Below, piece after piece: positions 30,081 to 40,048 of a stretch of 64,000 nt of DNA; the stretch's first letter is position 1; each line of letters begins with the position of its first letter. This DNA comes from an uncultured Candidatus Saccharibacteria bacterium (GTDB taxonomy: Bacteria; Patescibacteriota; Minisyncoccia; UBA9983), in contig CAYWCU010000001.1 in NCBI GenBank assembly GCA_964456855.1, positions 8,442 through 72,441 on the forward strand, in the 5' to 3' direction. A program made the position numbers and the translations under genes. Under the pieces are notes generated by a model, which did not search any database, was not told the origin of the DNA, and saw only the letters and a program-made list of their open reading frames with translations.

Positions 30081-31725
30081 TAAAACAAAACTTCAGATGA
30101 CTTTTGACCCATTGGTTATAGATGACCTTGGTGCAAAACTTTATTCTACTTTACCGCCGATAATTTCTGAATTAATTGCAAATGGTTATGATGCTTGTGC
30201 AAAAAAAGTATTTATAGAGCTAACAGGGGCGGGTGAAGATAAAAAAATTATTATTACAGATGATGGTTTCGGTATGAGTTTCGATGAGATTGATGATAAA
30301 TATTTACGAATAGGTCGTAAAAGACGAGAAGTTGCCGATGAAAAAATTGAATGTGAAAGACTCCCAATTGGAAAAAAGGGGTTAGGTAAATTAGCTTTTT
30401 TTGGTATTGCAAAAAAAGCAGTTATAAAAACTGTAAACAATGGAGAAGAGATTATATTTGAAATGAATTGGGACAAAATTCAAGATACCCCAGAAGGGGA
30501 TGATTATGAGCCAGTTTTTAGCAGAAAAAAAACTACTGAAAATAATGGTACAGAGATTATTTTATCTGAGATAGACAGAAAATCTGATTTTAAAACAGAG
30601 AGTCTTAAAATTAGTATTTCAAACTATTTTATCTTTGATGAAGATTTTAAGGTTTTTATCAAAGATGATTCAATGGGAAACTTTGAGGAGATTGATAATG
30701 AAATTAGATACAAACAAGGTGACAGGGGGAAAGATTTTTCATGGTCGTTTCCAGAAGTTGTCAAAAAACTTGAATTGGAAAAAGAATTTCCGTTTGCCCT
30801 AGATATTAAGGGTAAAATTATTTTATTTAATTTACCAGTTAAAAATAAGCTAAGAGGTGTTACTTTATTTTCTAGAAAAAAATTAGTAAGTCTCCCAGAA
30901 TCATTTCCAGTTCAGGGATCGAGTCATTTCTATCAATATTTAACTGGTTGGCTAGAAATAGATTTTATAGATAATCTAAAGCCAGATGTTATTGCCACAA
31001 ATAGAAGTAGTCTTAATTGGAATGATGAAAATCTTGAACAATTACAATTATTTTTGGAAAAAATAATAAATTATATACACAGAGAATGGAGAGTTCTCAT
31101 AGAAAACAGAAAAGAGAAAAGAGTGAAAGAGAAATATGGCGTAGATATTCCAGTATGGAGAGAAACCAACAAAAATAATCCTACAATTGTTAAAAATATT
31201 GATAAACTTGCTAAAGTATTTAATGAACCAGAAAAAATTGGCGAAAGTGAGGCGATAGATGTTTTAGGAATTGTATATGGTCTTGCTCCAGAAAATGCCG
31301 ATTTTGTACTCTGGTCTGGATTACACCAAAAAATAACGGAAAATACTCTTATAAAAGAATCTTTTTTTGCTGGGAAATATTTAGCAGCATCACGTGAAGC
31401 GGTACAAATTTATAATGAAACTGTGCAAAGTGTGTCTGGTTACGATGAAGCCGATTATGCTTTAATGGAAAAATCATACGGAAAAGAAGGACATAAGAAA
31501 ATTTGGGTTACAAACAAGTCTAATGATAATGAGAAAAATATAGATGAAGGGCAAAAACTAATTTCACAAGGAATAATGGTTGGTTTTAAGAATCCTGGTG
31601 TTAGCCACACAAGTCTCACGAAAGGACTGCAAAATAATGACTTTTCTCCACGAAATTGTTTGGATATATTAAGTACAATATCTTATTTATTTGACAGACT
31701 AGAGAAACGAAAACAACCAAGATAG
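30067..31725 (+). CDS. GHKL-superfamily (MORC/MutL-like HATPase_c_3) ATPase, R-M-associated
   Basis: N-box ELIANGYDA and G1 box IIITDDGFGMS. Overlaps the Dcm stop by 14 nt. No nuclease motif recognised. Confidence 0.6.
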   Translation: MTKNNKTKLQMTFDPLVIDDLGAKLYSTLPPIISELIANGYDACAKKVFIELTGAGEDKKIIITDDGFGMSFDEIDDKYLRIGRKRREVADEKIECERLPIGKKGLGKLAFFGIAKKAVIKTVNNGEEIIFEMNWDKIQDTPEGDDYEPVFSRKKTTENNGTEIILSEIDRKSDFKTESLKISISNYFIFDEDFKVFIKDDSMGNFEEIDNEIRYKQGDRGKDFSWSFPEVVKKLELEKEFPFALDIKGKIILFNLPVKNKLRGVTLFSRKKLVSLPESFPVQGSSHFYQYLTGWLEIDFIDNLKPDVIATNRSSLNWNDENLEQLQLFLEKIINYIHREWRVLIENRKEKRVKEKYGVDIPVWRETNKNNPTIVKNIDKLAKVFNEPEKIGESEAIDVLGIVYGLAPENADFVLWSGLHQKITENTLIKESFFAGKYLAASREAVQIYNETVQSVSGYDEADYALMEKSYGKEGHKKIWVTNKSNDNEKNIDEGQKLISQGIMVGFKNPGVSHTSLTKGLQNNDFSPRNCLDILSTISYLFDRLEKRKQPR

Positions 31726-31726
31726 C

Positions 31727-32134
31727 ATGAATGATAAGCTAGTTTCAAAAATCATAGAAAGAGATCGTATTTTTGGAAAGTTGTGTTTTGAGGCACAGGA
31801 TTCTTATAAACAAGAAAATTATTTTTCTGCATTGGCTTGTTTATTTGTTTTAGCAGAGCAAATTATAAAATTTTCTGTTGATAGAGTTGATGGTAATTTT
31901 CATAAAGCAATTATAGAAGCAAGAGAAAAGAATTTAATTAATGACATAGAATTTCAATTTCTTAATTCTTTGAGAGAAGTAAGAAATAAAATATTTCATG
32001 AGAGTCATTATCCGACAGGTCTTGAAATTGAAGGCAAGTTTTGGTCATTTAGTGAGAACGAAACAAAAGAGTTAATTTATAGAGAATTTTCTCCAAAAGT
32101 ATTTAGATTAGTATTTAAGTTAGTTGCATTTTAA
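31727..32134 (+). CDS. hypothetical small helical protein translationally coupled to the GHKL ATPase
   Basis: The ATG lies 1 nt after the upstream TAG stop. Confidence 0.4.
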   Translation: MNDKLVSKIIERDRIFGKLCFEAQDSYKQENYFSALACLFVLAEQIIKFSVDRVDGNFHKAIIEAREKNLINDIEFQFLNSLREVRNKIFHESHYPTGLEIEGKFWSFSENETKELIYREFSPKVFRLVFKLVAF

Positions 32135-32194
32135 GAGAGCAACGCTTGCGTACACAAAACTTATCAATTATCAGTAAAACTTTAATAAAAATAT

Positions 32195-33478
32195 ATGAAC
32201 AAAATTATATGTCCGAATTGTAAAAAAGATTTTGAGATGGATGATGCCGGCTTTGCTGATATTTTAAAGCAAGTTAGAGATGAGGAATTTAACAAAGATC
32301 TAAAAGAACGGGAGCTGATATTCATTAAGGATAAAGAAAACGCTGTTAAGCTTGCCGAGGCTAATATCACAAAAACACTACAAGAAAATCTTGCGAAAAA
32401 AGACAAAGAATTGGCTGAACTGAAAGCTGAAAAAGAACTTGAACTTGTTGAGCTTTTGGCTAAGAAAGAATCTGAAATAGCTGATATGAAATCAAAAATG
32501 GATAGTGTAGAGATTGAGAAAAAACTCGCTGTAACTGAGGCGGTTAATTCTGTTGAAAAAGAGCGAGATGAACTGGCTGGTGAATTAAAAAGCAAAGATA
32601 CAGAGAAACAATTGCTTGAAACATCGTTAAAAGAAAAGTTTTCTGACGAACTTAAAATTAAAGACAATATCATTAAGATGAAAGACGAGGAAATTGCTCT
32701 TCGTAAAGATATGAAAATTAAACTCTCAACTAAAATGGTCGGGGAAACCTTAGAGCAGCATTGCGAAACCGAATTTAATAAACTTCGCGCCACTGGTTTC
32801 CAAGACGCGTATTTTGAAAAAGACAACGACGCAAAAACCGGTAGCAAGGGTGATTATATTTATCGCGAAACTGATAAGGTTGGAAATGAAATTATTTCTA
32901 TAATGTTTGAAATGAAAAATGAAGGCGATGAGACCGCTACCAAGAAAAAAAATGAAGACTTTTTACGCGAACTTGATAAAGACCGTAAAGAAAAGAAATG
33001 CGAGTATGCTGTCCTTGTTACGCTATTGGAAGCCGAAAATGAACTATACAATACTGGTATCGTTGATGTTTCTCATAAACATTCCAAAATGTATATAGTT
33101 CGCCCGCAATTTTTCATCCCCATAATAACTCTGTTGCGTAACGCATCAATGAACTCCCTTAAATATAAAGCCGAGCTTGCCTTGGTAAGAAATCAAAATA
33201 TTGATATTACAAACTTTGAAGATAATGTAAATAAATTTAAAGAAGGATTCGCAAAAAATTACGATTTGGCTAGTCGTAAATTCAAAAACGCCATTGAAGA
33301 AATAGACAAAACTATAAACCATCTCCAAAAAACTAAAGATGCGCTATTGTCGTCTGAAAATAACCTCCGGCTCGCTAAGAATAAAGCAGAAGATCTGACA
33401 ATTAAAAAACTAACGCGCGGGAATACTACAATGACAGCTAAATTTGAAGAAATTTCCAATCCCAATAAAACAACATAG
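32195..33478 (+). CDS. DUF2130-like protein (N-terminal zinc ribbon + long coiled coil)
   Basis: [32 protein letters not shown]... matches the characteristic DUF2130 start. Confidence 0.5.
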   Translation: MNKIICPNCKKDFEMDDAGFADILKQVRDEEFNKDLKERELIFIKDKENAVKLAEANITKTLQENLAKKDKELAELKAEKELELVELLAKKESEIADMKSKMDSVEIEKKLAVTEAVNSVEKERDELAGELKSKDTEKQLLETSLKEKFSDELKIKDNIIKMKDEEIALRKDMKIKLSTKMVGETLEQHCETEFNKLRATGFQDAYFEKDNDAKTGSKGDYIYRETDKVGNEIISIMFEMKNEGDETATKKKNEDFLRELDKDRKEKKCEYAVLVTLLEAENELYNTGIVDVSHKHSKMYIVRPQFFIPIITLLRNASMNSLKYKAELALVRNQNIDITNFEDNVNKFKEGFAKNYDLASRKFKNAIEEIDKTINHLQKTKDALLSSENNLRLAKNKAEDLTIKKLTRGNTTMTAKFEEISNPNKTT

Positions 33479-33482
33479 AAAA

Positions 33483-33776
33483 ATGAACTACATAATTTTA
33501 ATCATCGTTGGTATTGTTGGAATTGCGCTTGGGGCGTCTTTTGCGCGAAAACGGAAAAGTGGTTTGATTGCAAGGCAGGCAAGGAAAAAAACGGAGAGTA
33601 AGGAAAAGGTTTTGGAGTTTTTGCGGGAGAACGGGAAAATCAAAAATAACGATGTTGAGGGACTGGTTGGAGTTTCCAATGCCACGGCTGAGCGGTATTT
33701 GGACGAGCTGGAGAAAGAAGGAAAACTGACACAGTGTGGAAATATCGGACAAAATGTTTTTTATACGCTAAGGTAG
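33483..33776 (+). CDS. membrane-anchored winged-helix DNA-binding protein
   Basis: N-terminal TM helix, then VGVSNATAERYLDELEKEGKLTQCG, a wHTH of the kind found at Fic/RecG-like C-termini. Confidence 0.5.
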   Translation: MNYIILIIVGIVGIALGASFARKRKSGLIARQARKKTESKEKVLEFLRENGKIKNNDVEGLVGVSNATAERYLDELEKEGKLTQCGNIGQNVFYTLR

Positions 33777-33807
33777 CGATTAACTCAACGCCGTTGAGTT
33801 AATCGCT
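33775..33807. terminator. perfect 15-bp inverted repeat hairpin (agcgattaactcaac/gttgagttaatcgct)
   Basis: Overlaps the stop of the wHTH gene. Confidence 0.45.
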
Positions 33808-33904
33808 ATCAGATAAAAATAAATCGCAAAAGTGGCGGTATTTTGAAAAATAGAGGGCAGAAGCAACATTATGTTTTTTGTCAATTTTTTGGTATTATGT
33901 CTAT

Positions 33905-34921
33905 ATGAAATTTCCTCGCTCAAAAAAAGTCATTTTTTCAAACAATAAAGGCGGGGTTGGGAAAACTACCCTTGCTTTTAATTGCGCTGTTTCGTTTGCT
34001 CAAAAAGGATACAAAACCGTCTTGATAGACCTTGACCCGCAGTGCAATCTTAGCCGACTTGCCATGGGTGAAGATTATTACAGAAAACATCTTTTTTCTG
34101 AGAGTGAAAAAACCGTTGCCGATGTGTTGAAAGGAATTGTGCGTGGAGGGTCAGATATTGACCTGACTGCGCAGTTTTTGCCTGTCAATGCAAGCCCCAA
34201 TCTTTCTTTATTAAAAGGGGACATTAATCTTTCATTGTATGAAAGTCTTTTGATAACCGCATACGGTCAGGCCGCTTCCGGGCAACAGATAGGATATTTT
34301 CAGACAAGCGCGATAGATCGTTTTTTAAGAGAGAAAGGGTTAAGTGAAGAAATTGACATTTTTGTCATTGATACATCGCCGAGCCTCGGGCTTCTTAATC
34401 AAGTAATTTTACTCGGCGCGGATTATTTCATAGTGCCAGTTTTACCGGACGCTTTCAGTGTTCAAGGTATAGAAAATTTGGGAACAGTATATGAAAGATG
34501 GAAAATAAACTGGAAAAATAGCGCCAAGGCTCTTGCTGGAGACACAGAGACAAAATTTGTTTTACACGGAGACCCCCTTTTCGCAGGATATATAATTAAT
34601 TCATATAATGTATATGGTGAACAGCCAATATCTGATCATCGCGCTTGGATGAAAAAAATACCAAACAAAGTTAGAGAGTATCTCTCTGAAAAGCACTGCA
34701 GAAATGGACTAGTGGAGAGTAGTTGGAAAAACCCTTTGCAGATTGTGCAGGATTATGGAAGAATTCCCTCAAAATGCCAAGAATTGGGTGTCGCGATTTT
34801 TAACCTAAATCCTTCGCAAGTAGCGGATCATCACCAAGGCACTAAAGAAAATATTGAAAAATCAAAAGAAGAATTTAAAAGTCTTTCAGAAAATATTATA
34901 AATATCTTAAAGAGCTATTAG
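33905..34921 (+). CDS. ParA/MinD-family P-loop ATPase with C-terminal extension
   Basis: Deviant Walker A NNKGGVGKTT; the ATG at 33905 is within the longer track ORF. Confidence 0.75.
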   Translation: MKFPRSKKVIFSNNKGGVGKTTLAFNCAVSFAQKGYKTVLIDLDPQCNLSRLAMGEDYYRKHLFSESEKTVADVLKGIVRGGSDIDLTAQFLPVNASPNLSLLKGDINLSLYESLLITAYGQAASGQQIGYFQTSAIDRFLREKGLSEEIDIFVIDTSPSLGLLNQVILLGADYFIVPVLPDAFSVQGIENLGTVYERWKINWKNSAKALAGDTETKFVLHGDPLFAGYIINSYNVYGEQPISDHRAWMKKIPNKVREYLSEKHCRNGLVESSWKNPLQIVQDYGRIPSKCQELGVAIFNLNPSQVADHHQGTKENIEKSKEEFKSLSENIINILKSY

Positions 34922-35015
34922 AATTCAACTGTTTTTTTGGTTGCGGGGATGAAGTGTTTGTGGTATTGTTATTGCAATCAAAAGTCCTGCGGGGCTTTTT
35001 TTATGAATAAGCATT

Positions 35016-36497
35016 ATGTCAAAAGGAGAAACAATAGTTCGGTTTAATGATGTGTCTTTCGGATACAGCGCCAAGAAGCCCATTTTGGATGAGGTTAATT
35101 TTAATGTCCGCCGTGGCGCCAAAGTCGCGCTTATGGGGCAGAACGGCGCCGGGAAAAGCACTCTCTTTCACCTCATAACAAAAAGCATCCTCCCTGAGGA
35201 CGGCGCTATTCATCTTGCCCCCAACCTCTCTATCGCGATGGCGCGCCAGGTTATCCCTCGGGAAGACTTGAACCTCACCACGCGGGAATTTTTTGAAAAG
35301 TGTTTTAACGAAAAGGTGTATGACATAGATCCCAAAATAGACAAGGTTTTGGGGGCGGTAAATCTCTCCGCACCGAAAGAACGGCTTATCAAAGATTTTT
35401 CCGGAGGACAGCAGGCGCGAATCCTTTTGGCGTCCGCCTTGATACAAAATCCGGATTTGCTTCTGCTTGACGAGCCGACCAATAATCTTGACAAAGAGGG
35501 TATCGCCCACCTGACGAAGTTTTTGGTTGATTACAAAAAAACGGTTATTGTCATTTCCCATGACGCGGACTTTTTAAACGCCTTCACGCAGGGGGTGCTG
35601 TATCTGGATATTTTCACATTGAAGATGGAGCAATACACGGGAAACTACAAAGACGTGGTGAGAGAAATTTCCATCCGCGTGGAGAAAGAGATAAGAAAAA
35701 ACGCCCAATTTGAAAAACATATTCAAGAGAAAAAGGACAAGGCGAATTTTTTCGCCAACAAGGGAGGAAGAATGAGGGTCTTGGCGAAGCGGATGCGCGA
35801 AAGCGCCACGGAGGCGGAAGAGTCAAAGGTGGAGGTGCGGCGGGAAGACAAAACAATCCGGAAATTTATCATAGGCGTGAAAGAACACCATGTCGGAGAA
35901 ATCTTGCGTATTGATTCCCTCTCAATAATGAAAGGCGATAAAATCGTTGAGTGCGAGGCGCGCGTTTCATTGCTTAAAAACAGGCATCTGCTTTTAAGCG
36001 GACCGAACGGAATCGGAAAAACGACATTGCTGGAGCATTTGGCGCGTGGCGGCTCGGACGGAACGAAAATATCGGAGGGTGTGAGGGTGGGATATTATCG
36101 GCAGGACTTTTCAACGCTTGATTTCGGTAAAACGGTGTACGATACATTGGAATCGGTTATGGACAAGCCGGATGAACAGGATATGCGAAGCGTCGCGGCG
36201 GGATTTCTGATTGACGGCGACCTTATGTACGCGAAAGTGGGAAACCTGTCCGAGGGACAAAAAGGGCTTGTCGCGTTCGCCCAGCTCGCCTTGCTGCGTC
36301 CCAACCTTTTAATACTTGACGAACCCACCAACCACATAAATTTCCGCCACCTGCCCGTTATCGCGAAAGCGTTGGATCAATACGAAGGGGCGATGGTGCT
36401 TGTTTCCCATGTTCCGGAGTTTGTGAAAAAAATCCGCATTGACGACACGCTTGACCTTGATAAACTTGAACCGCTCAAAAAGGCGAAGGCGAAATAG
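35016..36497 (+). CDS. ABC-F family ATPase (tandem NBDs, no TMD)
   Basis: Two Walker A sites (GQNGAGKST, GPNGIGKTT) and two signature/Walker B pairs (LSGGQQ...LLLLDEPTNNLD, LSEGQKG...LLILDEPTNHIN). Confidence 0.8.
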   Translation: MSKGETIVRFNDVSFGYSAKKPILDEVNFNVRRGAKVALMGQNGAGKSTLFHLITKSILPEDGAIHLAPNLSIAMARQVIPREDLNLTTREFFEKCFNEKVYDIDPKIDKVLGAVNLSAPKERLIKDFSGGQQARILLASALIQNPDLLLLDEPTNNLDKEGIAHLTKFLVDYKKTVIVISHDADFLNAFTQGVLYLDIFTLKMEQYTGNYKDVVREISIRVEKEIRKNAQFEKHIQEKKDKANFFANKGGRMRVLAKRMRESATEAEESKVEVRREDKTIRKFIIGVKEHHVGEILRIDSLSIMKGDKIVECEARVSLLKNRHLLLSGPNGIGKTTLLEHLARGGSDGTKISEGVRVGYYRQDFSTLDFGKTVYDTLESVMDKPDEQDMRSVAAGFLIDGDLMYAKVGNLSEGQKGLVAFAQLALLRPNLLILDEPTNHINFRHLPVIAKALDQYEGAMVLVSHVPEFVKKIRIDDTLDLDKLEPLKKAKAK

Positions 36498-36596
36498 AAG
36501 CACGGTTGCCCAGCATGAATCCTTAATGCACGTTTCCGGCGTCGCACGTTTTATTGCATTGTAATGCGTCGTTCCTTCATATAGAATTAAGTTATC

Positions 36597-38021
36597 ATGG
36601 AAAACAGAAATTTGGGAAATTGGATCCGCTATTCGGTTACCTTTCGGATTGCTGTCGTCGGGATACTGGCGCTGCTCCTTTTGATTCCGGTCGGAATGGT
36701 AAGAAACCTTATCAATCAACGGGAGTTCACGAAGAAAACCGCGGAATCGGAAATAAGCCAAAAATGGGGCGGGCAACAGACAATCGCCGGACCCATACTT
36801 TCGGTGCCCTATAAAAAATTCATGATAAACGGCAGAGGGGAACGCGTCGCGATAACTCAATACGCTCATTTTTTGCCGGAAAAACTCTCAATCAACACCG
36901 CTATAAAACCGCAGATAAGGTCGCGGGGAATTTTTGACGCGGTTGTTTACTCCTCTGAAATAAATTTCTCCGGAAAATTCACTCGCCCGAATATTAAAGA
37001 TTTGGGAATAAAAGAAGGAGAAGCGGACTGGAGCAAGGCATTCGTTTCCGTGGGCATTTCCGATACGAGGGGTATTGAAGATAACATAAAACTTGATTGG
37101 AACGGCTCCGCCGTTGAATTCAAGCCCGGAGTTCCGACCAATGATGTGATACGCGGTGGCGTTCAAAACTATGATATGGAGCCGTATTACGGAAAAATGG
37201 AAAGACAGCAGAGATTGATTGTCCCCTCACCCACCCGAAACGCCGGGCAAAATTCCGGAATCAGCGCGCGACTGCCGTTGAATGAAAGTGTCGGAGAATA
37301 CCAATTTTCTTTCAAATTGAATCTTGCGGGAAGCCGGGACATCCAATTCGTTCCCGTCGGTAGAACAACGGAAATAACAATGAAATCGGACTGGAACGCT
37401 CCCAGTTTCAGCGGAGCGTTCCTGCCGGACAAACGGACGGTTTCGGAAAAAGGATTTGAGGCGTCTTGGAAAATTCTTGATCTGAACAGAGGGTATCCGC
37501 AGGCATGGCTCGGTGGCGCCTACAATGTGTATTCGTCCGCCTCCGGCGTGAAGCTTTTGATAACCGTTGACGATTACAAAAAGGCTCAGCGCAGTGTTAA
37601 ATACTCCCTGCTCATAATCGCCCTCACCTTTCTCATCTTCTTCTTCAGTGAGATTTTCAATAAAAAAAGAATACACCCCGTGCAATATATTTTGGTCGGG
37701 CTGGCAATAGTTTTGTTTTACGCCCTTCTTGTTTCAATTTCCGAGGTTGCTGGGTTCGGTTGGGCATATCTGGCATCAAGTGTCGCGACAATCGGCTTGA
37801 TTACGCTCTATTCAAAAAGCGTTTTGGCGAACAAAAAAATGGCGCTGTTGCAGGGAACCATTCTCTCTTTCCTTTATCTCTTTATATACATAATACTCCA
37901 GCTTGAGGACTACGCCCTGCTTATGGGGAGCATATTGCTATTTTTGATTTTAGCCGCTATTATGTATCTCTCAAGGAAAGTTGACTGGTACGCGGTCGGA
38001 GAAGACGCGCGAAACGATTGA
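36597..38021 (+). CDS. CreD-like inner-membrane (cell-envelope integrity) protein
   Basis: N-terminal TM, a large periplasmic domain, a C-terminal cluster of TM helices, and an N-terminus that resembles the CreD family. Confidence 0.6.
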   Translation: MENRNLGNWIRYSVTFRIAVVGILALLLLIPVGMVRNLINQREFTKKTAESEISQKWGGQQTIAGPILSVPYKKFMINGRGERVAITQYAHFLPEKLSINTAIKPQIRSRGIFDAVVYSSEINFSGKFTRPNIKDLGIKEGEADWSKAFVSVGISDTRGIEDNIKLDWNGSAVEFKPGVPTNDVIRGGVQNYDMEPYYGKMERQQRLIVPSPTRNAGQNSGISARLPLNESVGEYQFSFKLNLAGSRDIQFVPVGRTTEITMKSDWNAPSFSGAFLPDKRTVSEKGFEASWKILDLNRGYPQAWLGGAYNVYSSASGVKLLITVDDYKKAQRSVKYSLLIIALTFLIFFFSEIFNKKRIHPVQYILVGLAIVLFYALLVSISEVAGFGWAYLASSVATIGLITLYSKSVLANKKMALLQGTILSFLYLFIYIILQLEDYALLMGSILLFLILAAIMYLSRKVDWYAVGEDARND

Positions 38022-38070
38022 TTTTTGAATAACCCCTTTCTTTTGGGTAAAAAAAGAAAAATAATTTATC

Positions 38071-39045
38071 ATGGCATTCATTGACGAAATAACAATATTC
38101 GCGAAGGCGGGAGACGGCGGTGACGGCGTCGTCCGCTGGCTGCACGAAAAAAGAAAGGAATTCGGCGGCCCCGCCGGTGGCGACGGTGGACGTGGGGGCG
38201 ATGTTTACGCGCGCGCCACCCGCAACATCCACCTCTTGTCAAAATACAAAACAAAGAAGAAACTGGAGGCTGGGCGGGGCGATGACGGCCAGGGCAAGAC
38301 TTTCAGTGGCGCGAACGGCGAAGACCTTGAGATAGAGCTTCCCATCGGGTCTATAATAACAAACGTAAAAACGGAAGAAAAAATACGCCTCTCTGAAGAA
38401 GGGGAAAAAGTTCTTCTGCTTCGCGGAGGTTTCGGAGGAAGGGGAAACAAATCATTCAAAAGTTCAACAAACAGAAGCCCCAAGCAATTCACGAAAGGAA
38501 AACCTGGCGAGGAGGCGGAGTTTTTCGTTGAAGTTGAGTTAATCGCTGATATCGGACTAATCGGACTTCCCAACGCCGGGAAAACAACACTTCTCAACGA
38601 AATGACGAACGCTCAAGCGAAAATCGGCGACTATCCATTCACAACCCTTGAACCAAACCTGGGAGAGTTTTACGGATACATAATATCTGACATTCCGGGG
38701 CTCATTGAAGGCGCGGCGGAAGGAAAAGGGTTGGGGCATAAATTCCTCCGCCATATCAGGCGCACAAAGATTTTAGTTCATCTGATTTCGCTTGAAAATG
38801 AAGACCCGGCAAGCGCCTACGGCGCAATAAGAAAAGAACTTGGAAAGTTTGACGAGGAACTGGTAAAAAAAAAAGAAATAGTGGTCCTGACCAAAACAGA
38901 CCTCATAGACGACAAAGAAAAACTTGATAAAATAATCGCAAAGATGAAAAAAGTAACGCCCGAAGTCATTGCCATAACGATGTATGACAATACGCAAATT
39001 AAGGCGCTCCAAAACAAACTCATCGGAGAGCTTTCCGGCGAATAA
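38071..39045 (+). CDS. obg: GTPase Obg/CgtA (no C-terminal TGS extension)
   Basis: Glycine-rich Obg fold (GGDGGRGGDV), then the G domain ADIGLIGLPNAGKTTLL...DIPGLIEGA. Confidence 0.85.
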   Translation: MAFIDEITIFAKAGDGGDGVVRWLHEKRKEFGGPAGGDGGRGGDVYARATRNIHLLSKYKTKKKLEAGRGDDGQGKTFSGANGEDLEIELPIGSIITNVKTEEKIRLSEEGEKVLLLRGGFGGRGNKSFKSSTNRSPKQFTKGKPGEEAEFFVEVELIADIGLIGLPNAGKTTLLNEMTNAQAKIGDYPFTTLEPNLGEFYGYIISDIPGLIEGAAEGKGLGHKFLRHIRRTKILVHLISLENEDPASAYGAIRKELGKFDEELVKKKEIVVLTKTDLIDDKEKLDKIIAKMKKVTPEVIAITMYDNTQIKALQNKLIGELSGE

Positions 39046-39101
39046 AACGGCATGTTCCAAAGCTAGAACATACCGAATGGTAAATTATTTTCAACCCCTC
39101 T

Positions 39102-40025
39102 TTACGCTTTCAAATATCTTCTTACGGCTATGAGGCTTGAAACAACGCCGAGGCCGACCCCGACAGACAGAATAATAAAGAATATTTGCGCAAAATTTGA
39201 GATGTAATAATCATATATGTTAATTGTTCCAAAAAAACTTTCAGTCATCGGACCCAGCCACATGGTCAAAGGATAAAAAACTAGCATCGTTATCACGGTG
39301 GCGATTATGCCATACAAGAGACCTTCAACTACAAACGGACCGCTTATAAACCTGTTACTCGCCCCCACAAGGCGCATGACGCTTATTTCGTCCTTGGATG
39401 TGTAAATTGCCATACGAATGGTGTTAAAAACAACCAGAATGGAAATTATTATCAAAATAAGACTGATGGCAAAGCCGATTTTCTTTGAAGAATCCAAAAT
39501 CCTTGAAAGCCTCTCTATAATCATCTTGTTTTGCCGATAACTGATTTTATCTATTATTGAACCGACGCCCTCCATTTTGAGAGCGTCCTCAAGAAATTTG
39601 GCGATACTTGCGTATTGAGAAGTATTTTTCGCTTTAATATTAAGCGCCGCGCCGAGTGGATTGCTTCCAAGCTCTTCAAGTGATTGAGTAATCAAAGCGT
39701 TGTCTTTATGTCTTTCCTTGAAATCTTTCAGCTCCTGCTCGCGAGAAACATATTCAACATCCTTAACCTCGCTCAATTTCAGAAGGGAATTTTTCAAAAG
39801 AAAGATATCCGATTCAGCCGCGTCAGTTTTAAAATAGACGCTTATGTCAACTTTATTCTGAAGTTCGTCCAATGTTGAAAGAATTAACGCGCGCGAAAAA
39901 ATAATTGAACCGATTGTAAAGAGGGTCATTACCATTATCAAAACAGTCGCCAGGGAAACCCAGCCGTTCCTCCAAAAATTCACAAACCCCGCCTTCAACA
40001 CTCTTTTGATTTTTGTCGTTATCAT
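39102..40025 (-). CDS. ftsX: cell-division permease FtsX
   Basis: 4-TM permease topology with a large first extracellular loop, immediately downstream of ftsE. Confidence 0.75.
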   Translation of the reverse strand: MITTKIKRVLKAGFVNFWRNGWVSLATVLIMVMTLFTIGSIIFSRALILSTLDELQNKVDISVYFKTDAAESDIFLLKNSLLKLSEVKDVEYVSREQELKDFKERHKDNALITQSLEELGSNPLGAALNIKAKNTSQYASIAKFLEDALKMEGVGSIIDKISYRQNKMIIERLSRILDSSKKIGFAISLILIIISILVVFNTIRMAIYTSKDEISVMRLVGASNRFISGPFVVEGLLYGIIATVITMLVFYPLTMWLGPMTESFFGTINIYDYYISNFAQIFFIILSVGVGLGVVSSLIAVRRYLKA

Positions 40026-40048
40026 AAAATTTTCAAAAACAAATAATT

